This document shows, in pieces, positions 9,478-24,400 of a stretch of DNA of 64,000 bases (position 1 is its first letter; every line of letters begins with the position of its first letter). The notes below the pieces were generated by a model that did not search any database, was not told the DNA's origin, and saw only the letters and a program-made list of their open reading frames with translations. The DNA lies in the NCBI GenBank assembly GCA_964057225.1, contig OZ059894.1, positions 2,108,001-2,172,000 of the forward strand. The letters run 5' to 3'. A program made the position numbers and the translations under genes. This DNA comes from Auanema rhodensis. Its lineage: Eukaryota; Animalia; Nematoda.

Positions 9478-12400
9478 TAGCTTCCAAAAACATTTTGACA
9501 AAATTTTTTTCGAAAAATTTCAAAATAATTTAGCAGAAAGTAGATGTTTTTAGATTCCTTTTTTTAAGGCAAAGACGACGGACAATGTTATTCAACGAAA
9601 AAATTAATTCTTCAGGGTGAAAATCGAGGATATAAGTGTGAACTTATATCAGTTGATATCTCGGTGCATTTTTAAGCTAGCGCAAATCTGATAACACAGA
9701 TCGACGCAGCTTGAAAATCCGCATCGAATGCACTATACTACATTGAGGAACGCTTAATACAAAAATTAGTTATGATCGTTTGAAAAATGATGCATTAGTG
9801 TATGTTGAGTTTCCATGTACACTCAACATAGCTTCCAAAAACATTTTGACAAAAATTTTTTCGAAAAATTTCAAAATAATTTAGCAGAAAGTAGATGTTT
9901 TTAGATTCCTTTTTTTAAGGCAAAGACGATGGACAATGTTATTCAACGAAAAAATTAATTCTTCAGGGTGAAAATCGAGGATATAAGTGTGAACTTATAT
10001 CAGTTGATATCTCGGTGCATTTTTAAGCTAGCGCAAATCTGATAACACAGATCGACGCAGCTTGAAAATCCGCATCGAATGCACTATACTACATTGAGGA
10101 ACGCTTAATACAAAAATTAGTTATGATCGTTTGAAAAATGATGCATTAGTGTATGTTGAGTTTCCATGTACACTCAACATAGCTTCCAAAAACATTTTGA
10201 CAAAAATTTTTTCGAAAAATTTCAAAATAATTTAGCAGAAAGTAGATGTTTTTAGATTCCTTTTTTTAAGGCAAAGACGATGGACAATGTTATTCAACGA
10301 AAAAATTAATTCTTCAGGGTGAAAATCGAGGATATAAGTGTGAACTTATATCAGTTGATATCTCGGTGCATTTTCAAGCTAGCGCAAATCTGATAACACA
10401 GATCGACGCAGCTTGAAAATCCGCATCGAATGCACTATACTACATTGAGGAACGCTTAATACAAAAATTAGTTATGATCGTTTGAAAAATGATGCATTAG
10501 TGTATGTTGAGTTTCCATGTACACTCAACATAGCTTCCAAAAACATTTTGACAAAAATTTTTTCGAAAAATTTCAAAATAATTTAGCAGAAAGTAGATGT
10601 TTTTAGATTCCTTTTTTTAAGGCAAAGACGATGGACAATGTTGTTCAACGAAAAAATTAATTCTTCAGGGTGAAAATCGAGGATATAAGTGTGAACTTAT
10701 ATCAGTTGATATCTCGGTGCATTTTTAAGCTAGCGCAAATCTGATAACACAGATCGACGCAGCTTGAAAATCCGCATCGAATGCACTATACTACATTGAG
10801 GAACGCTTAATACAAAAATTAGTTATGATCGTTTGAAAAATGATGCATTAGTGTATGTTGAGTTTCCATGTACACTCAACATAGCTTCCAAAAACATTTT
10901 GACAAAAATTTTTTCGAAAAATTTCAAAATAATTTAGCAGAAAGTAGATGTTTTTAGATTCCTTTTTTTAAGGCAAAGACGATGGACAATGTTATTCAAC
11001 GAAAAAATTAATTCTTCAGGGTGAAAATCGAGGATATAAGTGTGAACTTATATCAGTTGATATCTCGGTGCATTTTTAAGCTAGCGCAAATCTGATAACA
11101 CAGATCGACGCAGCTTGAAAATCCGCATCGAATGCACTATACTACTTTGAGAAACGTTAAATACAAAAATTAGTTATGATCGTTTGAAAAATGATGCATT
11201 AGTGTATGTTGAGTTTCCATGTACACTCAACATAGCTTCCAAAAACATTTTGACAAAATTTTTTTCGAAAAATTTCAAAATAATTTAGCAGAAAGTAGAT
11301 GTTTTTAGATTCCTTTTTTTAAGGCAAAGACGACAGACAATGTTATTCAACGAAAAAATTAATTCTTCAGGGTGAAAATCGAGGATATAAGTGTGAACTT
11401 ATATCAGTTGATATCTCGGTGCATTTTTAAGCTAGCGCAAATCTGATAACACAGATCGACGCAGCTTGAAAATCCGCATCGAATGCACTATACTACATTG
11501 AGAAACGCTTAATACAAAAATTAGTTATGATCGTTTGAAAAATGATGCATTAGTGTATGTTGAGTTTCCATGTACACTCAACATAGCTTCCAAAAACATT
11601 TTGACAAAAATTTTTTCGAAAAATTTCAAAATAATTTAGCAGAAAGTAGATGTTTTTAGATTCCTTTTTTTAAGGCAAAGACGATGGACAATGTTATTCA
11701 ACGGAAAAATTAATTCTTCAGGGTGAAAATCGAGGATATAAGTGTGAACTTATATCAGTTGATATCTCGGTGCATTTTTAAGCTAGCGCAAATCTGATAA
11801 CACAGATCTACGCAGCTTGAAAATCCGCATCGAATGCACTATACTACTTTGAGAAACGCTTAATACAAAAATTAGTTATGATCGTTTGAAAAATGATGCA
11901 TTAGTGTATGTTGAGTTTCCATGTACACTCAACATAGCTTCCAAAAACATTTTGACAAAATTTTTTTCGAAAAATTTCAAAATAATTTAGCAGAAAGTAG
12001 ATGTTTTTAGATTCCTTTTTTTAAGGCAAAGACGACAGACAATGTTATTCAACGAAAAAATTAATTCTTCAGGGTGAAAATCGAGGATATAAGTGTGAAC
12101 TTATATCAGTTGATATCTCGGTGCATTTTTAAGCTAGCGCAAATCTGATAACACAGATCGACGCAGCTTGAAAATCCGCATCGAATGCACTATACTACAT
12201 TGAGGAACGCTTAATACAAAAATTAGTTATGATCGTTTGAAAAATGATGCATTAGTGTATGTTGAGTTTCCATGTACACTCAACATAGCTTCCAAAAACA
12301 TTTTGACAAAAATTTTTTCGAAAAATTTCAAAATAATTTAGCAGAAAGTAGATGTTTTTAGATTCCTTTTTTTAAGGCAAAGACGATGGACAATGTTATT

Positions 12401-15400
12401 CAACGAAAAAATTAATTCTTCAGGGTGAAAATCGAGGATATAAGTGTGAACTTATATCAGTTGATATCTCGGTGCATTTTTAAGCTAGCGCAAATCTGAT
12501 AACACAGATCGACGCAGCTTGAAAATCCGCATCGAATGCACTATACTACTTTGAGAAACGCTTAATACAAAAATTAGTTATGATCGTTTGAAAAATGATG
12601 CATTAGTGTATGTTGAGTTTCCATGTACACTCAACATAGCTTCCAAAAACATTTTGACAAAATTTTTTTCGAAAAATTTCAAAATAATTTAGCAGAAAGT
12701 AGATGTTTTTAGATTCCTTTTTTTAAGGCAAAGACGACAGACAATGTTATTCAACGAAAAAATTAATTCTTCAGGGTGAAAATCGAGGATATAAGTGTGA
12801 ACTTATATCAGTTGATATCTCGGTGCATTTTTAAGCTAGCGCAAATCTGATAACACAGATCGACGCAGCTTGAAAATCCGCATCGAATGCACTATACTAC
12901 TTTGAGAAACGCTTAATACAAAAATTAGTTATGATCGTTTGAAAAATGATGCATTAGTGTATGTTGAGTTTCCATGTACACTCAACATAGCTTCCAAAAA
13001 CATTTTGACAAAATTTTTTTCGAAAAATTTCAAAATAATTTAGCAGAAAGTAGATGTTTTTAGATTCCTTTTTTTAAGGCAAAGACGACAGACAATGTTA
13101 TTCAACGAAAAAATTAATTCTTCAGGGTGAAAATCGAGGATATAAGTGTGAACTTATATCAGTTGATATCTCGGTGCATTTTTAAGCTAGCGCAAATCTG
13201 ATAACACAGATCGACGCAGCTTGAAAATCCGCATCGAATGCACTATACTACATTGAGGAACGCTTAATACAAAAATTAGTTATGATCGTTTGAAAAATGA
13301 TGCATTAGTGTATGTTGAGTTTCCATGTACACTCAACATAGCTTCCAAAAACATTTTGACAAAAATTTTTTCGAAAAATTTCAAAATAATTTAGCAGAAA
13401 GTAGATGTTTTTAGATTACTTTTTTTAAGGCAAAGACGATGGACAATGTTATTCAACGAAAAAATTAATTCTTCAGGGTGAAAATCGAGGATATAAGTGT
13501 GAACTTATATCAGTTGATATCTCGGTGCATTTTTAAGCTAGCGCAAATCTGATAACACAGATCGACGCAGCTTGAAAATCCGCATCGAATGCACTATACT
13601 ACATTGAGGAACGCTTAATACAAAAATTAGTTATGATCGTTTGAAAAATGATGCATTAGTGTATGTTGAGTTTCCATGTACACTCAACATAGCTTCCAAA
13701 AACATTTTGACAAAAATTTTTTCGAAAAATTTCAAAATAATTTAGCAGAAAGTAGATGTTTTTAGATTCCTTTTTTTAAGGCAAAGACGATGGACAATGT
13801 TGTTCAACGAAAAAATTAATTCTTCAGGGTGAAAATCGAGGATATAAGTGTGAACTTATATCAGTTGATATCTCGGTGCATTTTTAAGCTAGCGCAAATC
13901 TGATAACACAGATCGACGCAGCTTGAAAATCCGCATCGAATGCACTATACTACATTGAGGAACGCTTAATACAAAAATTAGTTATGATCGTTTGAAAAAT
14001 GATGCATTAGTGTATGTTGAGTTTCCATGTACACTCAACATAGCTTCCAAAAACATTTTGACAAAAATTTTTTCGAAAAATTTCAAAATAATTTAGCAGA
14101 AAGTAGATGTTTTTAGATTCCTTTTTTTAAGGCAAAGACGATGGACAATGTTATTCAACGAAAAAATTAATTCTTCAGGGTGAAAATCGAGGATATAAGT
14201 GTGAACTTATATCAGTTGATATCTCGGTGCATTTTTAAGCTAGCGCAAATCTGATAACACAGATCGACGCAGCTTGAAAATCCGCATCGAATGCACTATA
14301 CTACTTTGAGAAACGTTAAATACAAAAATTAGTTATGATCGTTTGAAAAATGATGCATTAGTGTATGTTGAGTTTCCATGTACACTCAACATAGCTTCCA
14401 AAAACATTTTGACAAAATTTTTTTCGAAAAATTTCAAAATAATTTAGCAGAAAGTAGATGTTTTTAGATTCCTTTTTTTAAGGCAAAGACGACAGACAAT
14501 GTTATTCAACGAAAAAATTAATTCTTCAGGGTGAAAATCGAGGATATAAGTGTGAACTTATATCAGTTGATATCTCGGTGCATTTTTAAGCTAGCGCAAA
14601 TCTGATAACACAGATCGACGCAGCTTGAAAATCCGCATCGAATGCACTATACTACATTGAGGAACGCTTAATACAAAAATTAGTTATGATCGTTTGAAAA
14701 ATGATGCATTAGTGTATGTTGAGTTTCCATGTACACTCAACATAGCTTCCAAAAACATTTTGACAAAAATTTTTTCGAAAAATTTCAAAATAATTTAGCA
14801 AAAAGTAGATGTTTTTAGATTCCTTTTTTCAAGGCAAAGACGATGGACAATGTTATTCAACGAAAAAATTAATTCTTCAGGGTGAAAATCGAGGATATAA
14901 GTGTGAACTTATATCAGTTGATATCTCGGTGCATTTTTAAGCTAGCGCAAATCTGATAACACAGATCGACGCAGCTTGAAAATCCGCATCGAATGCACTA
15001 TACTACTTTGAGAAACGTTAAATACAAAAATTAGTTATGATCGTTTGAAAAATGATGCATTAGTGTATGTTGAGTTTCCATGTACACTCAACATAGCTTC
15101 CAAAAACATTTTGACAAAATTTTTTTCGAAAAATTTCAGAATAATTTAGCAGAAAGTAGATGTTTTTAGATTCCTTTTTTTAAGGCAAAGACGACAGACA
15201 ATGTTATTCAACGAAAAAATTAATTCTTCAGGGTGAAAATCGAGGATATAAGTGTGAACTTATATCAGTTGATATCTCGGTGCATTTTTAAGCTAGCGCA
15301 AATCTGATAACACAGATCGACGCAGCTTGAAAATCCGCATCGAATGCACTATACTACATTGAGGAACGCTTAATACAAAAATTAGTTATGATCGTTTGAA

Positions 15401-18400
15401 AAATGATGCATTAGTGTATGTTGAGTTTCCATGTACACTCAACATAGCTTCCAAAAACATTTTGACAAAAATTTTTTCGAAAAATTTCAAAATAATTTAG
15501 CAGAAAGTAGATGTTTTTAGATTCCTTTTTTTAAGGCAAAGACGATGGACAATGTTATTCAACGAAAAAATTAATTCTTCAGGGTGAAAATCGAGGATAT
15601 AAGTGTGAACTTATATCAGTTGATATCTCGGTGCATTTTTAAGCTAGCGCAAATCTGATAACACAGATCGACGCAGCTTGAAAATCCGCATCGAATGCAC
15701 TATACTACTTTGAGAAACGCTTAATACAAAAATTAGTTATGATCGTTTGAAAAATGATGCATTAGTGTATGTTGAGTTTCCATGTACACTCAACATAGCT
15801 TCCAAAAACATTTTGACAAAATTTTTTTCGAAAAATTTCAAAATAATTTAGCAGAAAGTAGATGTTTTTAGATTCCTTTTTTTAAGGCAAAGACGACAGA
15901 CAATGTTATTCAACGAAAAAATTAATTCTTCAGGGTGAAAATCGAGGATATAAGTGTGAACTTATATCAGTTGATATCTCGGTGCATTTTTAAGCTAGCG
16001 CAAATCTGATAACACAGATCGACGCAGCTTGAAAATCCGCATCGAATGCACTATACTACATTGAGGAACGCTTAATACAAAAATTAGTTATGATCGTTTG
16101 AAAAATGATGCATTAGTGTATGTTGAGTTTCCATGTACACTCAACATAGCTTCCAAAAACATTTTGACAAAAATTTTTTCGAAAAATTTCAAAATAATTT
16201 AGCAGAAAGTAGATGTTTTTAGATTCCTTTTTTTAAGGCAAAGACGATGGACAATGTTATTCAACGAAAAAATTAATTCTTCAGGGTGAAAATCGAGGAT
16301 ATAAGTGTGAACTTATATCAGTTGATATCTCGGTGCATTTTTAAGCTAGCGCAAATCTGATAACACAGATCGACGCAGCTTGAAAATCCGCATCGAATGC
16401 ACTATACTACTTTGAGAAACGCTTAATACAAAAATTAGTTATGATCGTTTGAAAAATGATGCATTAGTGTATGTTGAGTTTCCATGTACACTCAACATAG
16501 CTTCCAAAAACATTTTGACAAAATTTTTTTCGAAAAATTTCAAAATAATTTAGCAGAAAGTAGATGTTTTTAGATTCCTTTTTTTAAGGCAAAGACGACA
16601 GACAATGTTATTCAACGAAAAAATTAATTCTTCAGGGTGAAAATCGAGGATATAAGTGTGAACTTATATCAGTTGATATCTCGGTGCATTTTTAAGCTAG
16701 CGCAAATCTGATAACACAGATCGACGCAGCTTGAAAATCCGCATCGAATGCACTATACTACTTTGAGAAACGCTTAATACAAAAATTAGTTATGATCGTT
16801 TGAAAAATGATGCATTAGTGTATGTTGAGTTTCCATGTACACTCAACATAGCTTCCAAAAACATTTTGACAAAAATTTTTTCGAAAAATTTCAAAATAAT
16901 TTAGCAGAAAGTAGATGTTTTTAGATTCCTTTTTTTAAGGCAAAGACGATGGACAATGTTATTCAACGAAAAAATTAATTCTTCAGGGTGAAAATCGAGG
17001 ATATAAGTGTGAACTTATATCAGTTGATATCTCGGTGCATTTTTAAGCTAGCGCAAATCTGATAACACAGATCGACGCAGCTTGAAAATCCGCATCGAAT
17101 GCACTATACTACTTTGAGAAACGTTAAATACAAAAATTAGTTATGATCGTTTGAAAAATGATGCATTAGTGTATGTTGAGTTTCCATGTACACTCAACAT
17201 AGCTTCCAAAAACATTTTGACAAAATTTTTTTCGAAAAATTTCAAAATAATTTAGCAGAAAGTAGATGTTTTTAGATTCCTTTTTTTAAGGCAAAGACGA
17301 CAGACAATGTTATTCAACGAAAAAATTAATTCTTCAGGGTGAAAATCGAGGATATAAGTGTGAACTTATATCAGTTGATATCTCGGTGCATTTTTAAGCT
17401 AGCGCAAATCTGATAACACAGATCGACGCAGCTTGAAAATCCGCATCGAATGCACTATACTACATTGAGGAACGCTTAATACAAAAATTAGTTATGATCG
17501 TTTGAAAAATGATGCATTAGTGTATGTTGAGTTTCCATGTACACTCAACATAGCTTCCAAAAACATTTTGACAAAAATTTTTTCGAAAAATTTCAAAATA
17601 ATTTAGCAGAAAGTAGATGTTTTTAGATTCCTTTTTTTAAGGCAAAGACGATGGCCAATGTTATTCAACGAAAAAATTAATTCTTCAGGGTGAAAATCGA
17701 GGATATAAGTGTGAACTTATATCAGTTGATATCTCGGTGCATTTTTAAGCTAGCGCAAATCTGATAACACAGATCGACGCAGCTTGAAAATCCGCATCGA
17801 ATGCACTATACTACTTTGAGAAACGTTAAATACAAAAATTAGTTATGATCGTTTGAAAAATGATGCATTAGTGTATGTTGAGTTTCCATGTACACTCAAC
17901 ATAGCTTCCAAAAACATTTTGACAAAATTTTTTTCGAAAAATTTCAAAATAATTTAGCAGAAAGTAGATGTTTTTAGATTCCTTTTTTTAAGGCAAAGAC
18001 GACAGACAATGTTATTCAACGAAAAAATTAATTCTTCAGGGTGAAAATCGAGGATATAAGTGTGAACTTATATCAGTTGATATCTCGGTGCATTTTTAAG
18101 CTAGCGCAAATCTGATAACACAGATCGACGCAGCTTGAAAATCCGCATCGAATGCACTATACTACATTGAGGAACGCTTAATACAAAAATTAGTTATGAT
18201 CGTTTGAAAAATGATGCATTAGTGTATGTTGAGTTTCCATGTACACTCAACATAGCTTCCAAAAACATTTTGACAAAAATTTTTTCGAAAAATTTCAAAA
18301 TAATTTAGCAGAAAGTAGATGTTTTTAGATTCCTTTTTTTAAGGCAAAGACGATGGACAATGTTATTCAACGAAAAAATTAATTCTTCAGGGTGAAAATC

Positions 18401-21400
18401 GAGGATATAAGTGTGAACTTATATCAGTTGATATCTCGGTGCATTTTTAAGCTAGCGCAAATCTGATAACACAGATCGACGCAGCTTGAAAATCCGCATC
18501 GAATGCACTATACTACTTTGAGAAACGCTTAATACAAAAATTAGTTATGATCGTTTGAAAAATGATGCATTAGTGTATGTTGAGTTTCCATGTACACTCA
18601 ACATAGCTTCCAAAAACATTTTGACAAAATTTTTTTCGAAAAATTTCAAAATAATTTAGCAGAAAGTAGATGTTTTTAGATTCCTTTTTTTAAGGCAAAG
18701 ACGACAGACAATGTTATTCAACGAAAAAATTAATTCTTCAGGGTGAAAATCGAGGATATAAGTGTGAACTTATATCAGTTGATATCTCGGTGCATTTTTA
18801 AGCTAGCGCAAATCTGATAACACAGATCGACGCAGCTTGAAAATCCGCATCGAATGCACTATACTACATTGAGGAACGCTTAATACAAAAATTAGTTATG
18901 ATCGTTTGAAAAATGATGCATTAGTGTATGTTGAGTTTCCATGTACACTCAACATAGCTTCCAAAAACATTTTGACAAAAATTTTTTCGAAAAATTTCAA
19001 AATAATTTAGCAGAAAGTAGATGTTTTTAGATTCCTTTTTTTAAGGCAAAGACGATGGACAATGTTATTCAACGAAAAAATTAATTCTTCAGGGTGAAAA
19101 TCGAGGATATAAGTGTGAACTTATATCAGTTGATATCTCGGTGCATTTTTAAGCTAGCGCAAATCTGATAACACAGATCGACGCAGCTTGAAAATCCGCA
19201 TCGAATGCACTATACTACTTTGAGAAACGCTTAATACAAAAATTAGTTATGATCGTTTGAAAAATGATGCATTAGTGTATGTTGAGTTTCCATGTACACT
19301 CAACATAGCTTCCAAAAACATTTTGACAAAAATTTTTTCGAAAAATTTCAAAATAATTTAGCAGAAAGTAGATGTTTTTAGATTCCTTTTTTTAAGGCAA
19401 AGACGATGGACAATGTTATTCAACGAAAAAATTAATTCTTCAGGGTGAAAATCGAGGATATAAGTGTGAACTTATATCAGTTGATATCTCGGTGCATTTT
19501 TAAGCTAGCGCAAATCTGATAACACAGATCGACGCAGCTTGAAAATCCGCATCGAATGCACTATACTACTTTGAGAAACGTTAAATACAAAAATTAGTTA
19601 TGATCGTTTGAAAAATGATGCATTAGTGTATGTTGAGTTTCCATGTACACTCAACATAGCTTCCAAAAACATTTTGACAAAATTTTTTTCGAAAAATTTC
19701 AAAATAATTTAGCAGAAAGTAGATGTTTTTAGATTCCTTTTTTTAAGGCAAAGACGACAGACAATGTTATTCAACGAAAAAATTAATTCTTCAGGGTGAA
19801 AATCGAGGATATAAGTGTGAACTTATATCAGTTGATATCTCGGTGCATTTTTAAGCTAGCGCAAATCTGATAACACAGATCGACGCAGCTTGAAAATCCG
19901 CATCGAATGCACTATACTACATTGAGGAACGCTTAATACAAAAATTAGTTATGATCGTTTGAAAAATGATGCATTAGTGTATGTTGAGTTTCCATGTACA
20001 CTCAACATAGCTTCCAAAAACATTTTGACAAAAATTTTTTCGAAAAATTTCAAAATAATTTAGCAGAAAGTAGATGTTTTTAGATTCCTTTTTTTAAGGC
20101 AAAGACGATGGACAATGTTATTCAACGAAAAAATTAATTCTTCAGGGTGAAAATCGAGGATATAAGTGTGAACTTATATCAGTTGATATCTCGGTGCATT
20201 TTTAAGCTAGCGCAAATCTGATAACACAGATCGACGCAGCTTGAAAATCCGCATCGAATGCACTATACTACTTTGAGAAACGCTTAATACAAAAATTAGT
20301 TATGATCGTTTGAAAAATGATGCATTAGTGTATGTTGAGTTTCCATGTACACTCAACATAGCTTCCAAAAACATTTTGACAAAATTTTTTTCGAAAAATT
20401 TCAAAATAATTTAGCAGAAAGTAGATGTTTTTAGATTCCTTTTTTTAAGGCAAAGACGACAGACAATGTTATTCAACGAAAAAATTAATTCTTCAGGGTG
20501 AAAATCGAGGATATAAGTGTGAACTTATATCAGTTGATATCTCGGTGCATTTTTAAGCTAGCGCAAATCTGATAACACAGATCGACGCAGCTTGAAAATC
20601 CGCATCGAATGCACTATACTACATTGAGGAACGCTTAATACAAAAATTAGTTATGATCGTTTGAAAAATGATGCATTAGTGTATGTTGAGTTTCCATGTA
20701 CACTCAACATAGCTTCCAAAAACATTTTGACAAAAATTTTTTCGAAAAATTTCAAAATAATTTAGCAGAAAGTAGATGTTTTTAGATTCCTTTTTTTAAG
20801 GCAAAGACGATGGACAATGTTATTCAACGAAAAAATTAATTCTTCAGGGTGAAAATCGAGGATATAAGTGTGAACTTATATCAGTTGATATCTCGGTGCA
20901 TTTTTAAGCTAGCGCAAATCTGATAACACAGATCGACGCAGCTTGAAAATCCGCATCGAATGCACTATACTACTTTGAGAAACGCTTAATACAAAAATTA
21001 GTTATGATCGTTTGAAAAATGATGCATTAGTGTATGTTGAGTTTCCATGTACACTCAACATAGCTTCCAAAAACATTTTGACAAAATTTTTTTCGAAAAA
21101 TTTCAAAATAATTTAGCAGAAAGTAGATGTTTTTAGATTCCTTTTTTTAAGGCAAAGACGACAGACAATGTTATTCAACAAAAAAATTAATTCTTCAGGG
21201 TGAAAATCGAGGATATAAGTGTGAACTTATATCAGTTGATATCTCGGTGCATTTTTAAGCTAGCGCAAATCTGATAACACAGATCGACGCAGCTTGAAAA
21301 TCCGCATCGAATGCACTATACTACATTGAGGAACGCTTAATACAAAAATTAGTTATGATCGTTTGAAAAATGATGCATTAGTGTATGTTGAGTTTCCATG

Positions 21401-24400
21401 TACACTCAACATAGCTTCCAAAAACATTTTGACAAAAATTTTTTCGAAAAATTTCAAAATAATTTAGCAGAAAGTATATGTTTTTAGATTCCTTTTTTCA
21501 AGGCAAAGACGATGAACAATGTTATTCAACGAAAAAATTAATTCTTCAGGGTGAAAATCGAGGATATAAGTGTGAATTTATATCAGTTGATATCTCGGTG
21601 CATTTTTAAGCTAGCGCAAATCTGATAACACAGATCGACGCAGCTTAAAAATCCGCATCGAATGCACTATACTACATTGAGGAACGCTTAATACAAAAAT
21701 TAGTTATGATCGTTTGAAAAATGATGCATTAGTGTATGTTGAGTTTCCATGTACACTCAACATAGCTTCCAAAAACATTTTGACAAAAATTTTTTCGAAA
21801 AATTTCAGAATAATTTAGCAAAAAGTAGATGTTTTTAGATTTCTTTTCTCAAGGCAAAGACGATGGACAATGTTATTCAACGAAAAAATTAATTCTTCAG
21901 GGTGAAAATCGAGGATATAAGTGTGAATTTATATCAGTTGATATCTCGGTGCATTTTTAAGCTAGCGCAAATCTGATAACACAGATCGACGCAGCTTAAA
22001 AATCCGCATCGAATGCACTATACTACATTGAGGAACGCTTAATACAAAAATTAGTTATGATCGTTTGAAAAATGATGCATTAGTGTATGTTGAGTTTCCA
22101 TGTACACTCAACATTGCTTCCAAAAATATTTTGACAAAAATTTTTTCGAAAAATTTCAAATTAATTTAGCAGAAAGTATATGTTTTTAGATTCCTTTTTT
22201 CAAGGCAAAGACGATGGACAATGTTATTCAACGAAAAAATTAATTCTTCAGGGTGAAAATCGAGGATATAAGTGTGAATTTATATCAGTTGATATCTCGG
22301 TGCATTTTTAAGCTAGCGCAAATCTGATAACACAGATCGACGCAGCTTGAAAATCCGCATCGAATGCACTATACTACATTGAGGAACGCTTAATACAAAA
22401 ATTAGTTATGATCGTTTGAAAAATGATGCATTAGTGTATGTTGAGTTTCCATGTACACTCAACATTGCTTCCAAAAACATTTTGACAAAAATTTTTTCGA
22501 AAAATTTCAAATTAATTTAGCAGAAAGTAGATGTTTTTAGATTCCTTTTTTTAAGGCAAAGACGATGGACAATGTTATTCAACGAAAAAATTAATTCTTC
22601 AGGGTGAAAATCGAGGATATAAGTGTGAACTTATATCAGTTGATATCTCGGTGCATTTTTAAGCTAGCGCAAATCTGATAACACAGATCGACGCAGCTTG
22701 AAAATCCGCATCGAATGCACTATACTACTTTGAGAAACGCTTAATACAAAAATTAGTTATGATCGTTTGAAAAATGATGCATTAGTGTATGTTGAGTTTC
22801 CATGTACACTCAACATAGCTTCCAAAAACATTTTGACAAAATTTTTTTCGAAAAATTTCAAAATAATTTAGCAGAAAGTAGATGTTTTTAGATTCCTTTT
22901 TTTAAGGCAAAGACGACAGACAATGTTATTCAACGAAAAAATTAATTCTTCAGGGTGAAAATCGAGGATATAAGTGTGAACTTATATCAGTTGATATCTC
23001 GGTGCATTTTTAAGCTAGCGCAAATCTGATAACACAGATCGACGCAGCTTGAAAATCCGCATCGAATGCACTATACTACTTTGAGAAACGCTTAATACAA
23101 AAATTAGTTATGATCGTTTGAAAAATGATGCATTAGTGTATGTTGAGTTTCCATGTACACTCAACATAGCTTCCAAAAACATTTTGACAAAATTTTTTTC
23201 GAAAAATTTCAAAATAATTTAGCAGAAAGTAGATGTTTTTAGATTCCTTTTTTTAAGGCAAAGACGACAGACAATGTTATTCAACAAAAAAATTAATTCT
23301 TCAGGGTGAAAATCGAGGATATAAGTGTGAACTTATATCAGTTGATATCTCGGTGCATTTTTAAGCTAGCGCAAATCTGATAACACAGATCGACGCAGCT
23401 TGAAAATCCGCATCGAATGCACTATACTACATTGAGGAACGCTTAATACAAAAATTAGTTATGATCGTTTGAAAAATGATGCATTAGTGTATGTTGAGTT
23501 TCCATGTACACTCAACATAGCTTCCAAAAACATTTTGACAAAAATTTTTTCGAAAAATTTCAAAATAATTTAGCAGAAAGTATATGTTTTTAGATTCCTT
23601 TTTTCAAGGCAAAGACGATGAACAATGTTATTCAACGAAAAAATTAATTCTTCAGGGTGAAAATCGAGGATATAAGTGTGAATTTATATCAGTTGATATC
23701 TCGGTGCATTTTTAAGCTAGCGCAAATCTGATAACACAGATCGACGCAGCTTAAAAATCCGCATCGAATGCACTATACTACATTGAGGAACGCTTAATAC
23801 AAAAATTAGTTATGATCGTTTGAAAAATGATGCATTAGTGTATGTTGAGTTTCCATGTACACTCAACATAGCTTCCAAAAACATTTTGACAAAAATTTTT
23901 TCGAAAAATTTCAGAATAATTTAGCAAAAAGTAGATGTTTTTAGATTTCTTTTCTCAAGGCAAAGACGATGGACAATGTTATTCAACGAAAAAATTAATT
24001 CTTCAGGGTGAAAATCGAGGATATAAGTGTGAATTTATATCAGTTGATATCTCGGTGCATTTTTAAGCTAGCGCAAATCTGATAACACAGATCGACGCAG
24101 CTTGAAAATCCGCATCGAATGCACTATACTACATTGAGGAACGCTTAATACAAAAATTAGTTATGATCGTTTGAAAAATGATGCATTAGTGTATGTTGAG
24201 TTTCCATGTACACTCAACATAGCTTCCAAAAACATTTTGACAAAAATTTTTTCGAAAAATTTCAAAATAATTTAGCAGAAAGTAGATGTTTTTAGATTCC
24301 TTTTTTTAAGGCAAAGACGATGGACAATGTTATTCAACGAAAAAATTAATTCTTCAGGGTGAAAATCGAGGATATAAGTGTGAACTTATATCAGTTGATA

